From a virus (lineage: Duplodnaviria; Caudoviricetes), in IMG/VR virus record IMGVR_UViG_3300038393_001232, positions 1 through 27,258 of that record: DNA of 27,258 nt. One strand, given 5' to 3'. Below, one piece after another: positions 26,141 through 27,258 of this stretch; the stretch's first letter is position 1; the number at the start of each line of letters is the position of its first letter. Under the pieces are notes generated by a model. The model worked only from the letters and a program-made list of their open reading frames with translations. It was not told where the DNA came from and made no database searches. The position numbers and the translations under genes were made by a program.

Positions 26141-26811
26141 CCTATTCCCTCGCGGGCGAAGGCTGGAACAACGCCAATCTGGCCGAGATCAATGGCTGGT
26201 GGTGGCCCGCGGATGACCGGGACGCACACCCGATCATCACGCACGATTGCGAGCCCGCGCTGACGAAGTTGCTTGCGCACGTTCCAAGCCGGAAGTGCAT
26301 CGTGCAGGCCGGCGCAAACGTCGGCGTCTATCCCTGCGCGCTCGCCCGACGCTTCGAGGCGGTGTTCACCTGCGAGCCTGACTCGCGCAACTTCGAGTGC
26401 CTGAAGGCGAACCTCATCCGCCACGACCGGGAACACCGCGTCACGGCCCTCCATGCGGCGTTCGGGTCGGCCCAGGGCGCGTGCAAGTCCGTTGAGGTCA
26501 GCGCGGGCAACTGCGGCGCCAACCGCGTCACCTTCGACGCTGGTGACGTGCCCGTCTGGCCTATCGACGACCTGGAGCTCACGGCCTGTGACGCGATCTG
26601 GCTGGACGTGGAGGGCTCCGAGCTCTTCGCCCTTCAGGGCGCCGAGCAGACCATAGCGCGGTTCGGCCCCGTCATCGCCTGTGAGGAAAAGGGCCTCGGC
26701 GCGCAGTTCTTCGGCCTTCCCGGCGGCGCGCTGGAGGCGTGGCTGATAGAGCGCGGATACGCCGAAGTCGACCGTATCGGAAATGATCTCGTCTTCAAGA
26801 GGACCGCATGA
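26137..26811 (+). CDS. FkbM-family SAM-dependent methyltransferase
   Basis: VQAGANVGVY, EPD..NF..L, IDDL, LDVEGSE..ALQGA..TI; start re-called at GTG 26137. Confidence 0.85.
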   Translation: MTYSLAGEGWNNANLAEINGWWWPADDRDAHPIITHDCEPALTKLLAHVPSRKCIVQAGANVGVYPCALARRFEAVFTCEPDSRNFECLKANLIRHDREHRVTALHAAFGSAQGACKSVEVSAGNCGANRVTFDAGDVPVWPIDDLELTACDAIWLDVEGSELFALQGAEQTIARFGPVIACEEKGLGAQFFGLPGGALEAWLIERGYAEVDRIGNDLVFKRTA

Positions 26812-27258
26812 GCGACGCCCCCGACTTCCGCGAGCCCGATCCCAAGGGCGATAAGGATACCGCCATCCCCCGTTTCTACATCGACGCTCAGCCGAACCAG
26901 CGGCGCAGCGACGAAGACGGCGTCCCGCGCTTCGACGACGTGGAGATGGTCGAAATCCTGATCCCCGGCGACCGTAACGCCGTCTCGGTGCAGATGGTGA
27001 CCGAAATCCACCGGAAGCGCTGGCCCGGCGCCTATGCCCGTTTCAAGGCCGGCCAGGAGGCGAGCGCCGACGGGACGCCCCTGGAGCAGCTCCCGGGCAT
27101 GACGGCCTCCCAGGCCCAGGAACTGCGGTTTATGAACGTGCGCACGGTCGAGCAACTGGGCGACCTCACCGACGAGCAGGCCCGCAAGTCCGTCTCCATG
27201 GGCGGCATGGCGCTGCGGGACCGCGCCAAGCGCTGGCTCGACACAACGGCGGGAGCGG
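26808..27258 (+). CDS. Conserved phage head-region protein with HhH-like segment, truncated by the window edge
   Basis: Manual translation MSDAPDFREPDPKGDKDTAIPRFY...VEILIPGD...RWPGAYARFK...GTPLEQLPG...NVRTVEQL; GAGG SD, ATGA overlap, open to the edge. Confidence 0.7.
   Translation, partial: MSDAPDFREPDPKGDKDTAIPRFYIDAQPNQRRSDEDGVPRFDDVEMVEILIPGDRNAVSVQMVTEIHRKRWPGAYARFKAGQEASADGTPLEQLPGMTASQAQELRFMNVRTVEQLGDLTDEQARKSVSMGGMALRDRAKRWLDTTAGA

Overview
A 27 kb, GC-rich segment of a temperate tailed phage or prophage, probably podovirus-like, infecting an alphaproteobacterium (Caulobacterales-like host, inferred from a GcrA homologue). Left to right: leftward early genes; a lambda-style switch (cI-like repressor, cro-like gene, TACG-N6-CGTA operators); a rightward early operon (RusA-like resolvase, GcrA, CtrA/OmpR-type winged helix, primase-helicase, probable origin, HslV/proteasome-beta-like protein, second winged helix); then late genes (terminase, portal, four fibre/adhesin genes, scaffold, major capsid, a double glycosyltransferase-like fusion and an FkbM methyltransferase). 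Three things stand out. (1) Eight exactly spaced copies of a promoter-like motif, CTGAG(A/C)-N16-(G/C)ANN(A/C)T, precede late genes; five sit 6-7 nt before an ATG, implying leaderless mRNAs, and an orphan winged-helix gene immediately upstream is a candidate activator. (2) A glycosylation/methylation cassette lies inside the head module, suggesting virion glycosylation. (3) GcrA and a CtrA-like DNA-binding domain are encoded side by side. All family assignments are by visual motif recognition; no database searches were run.
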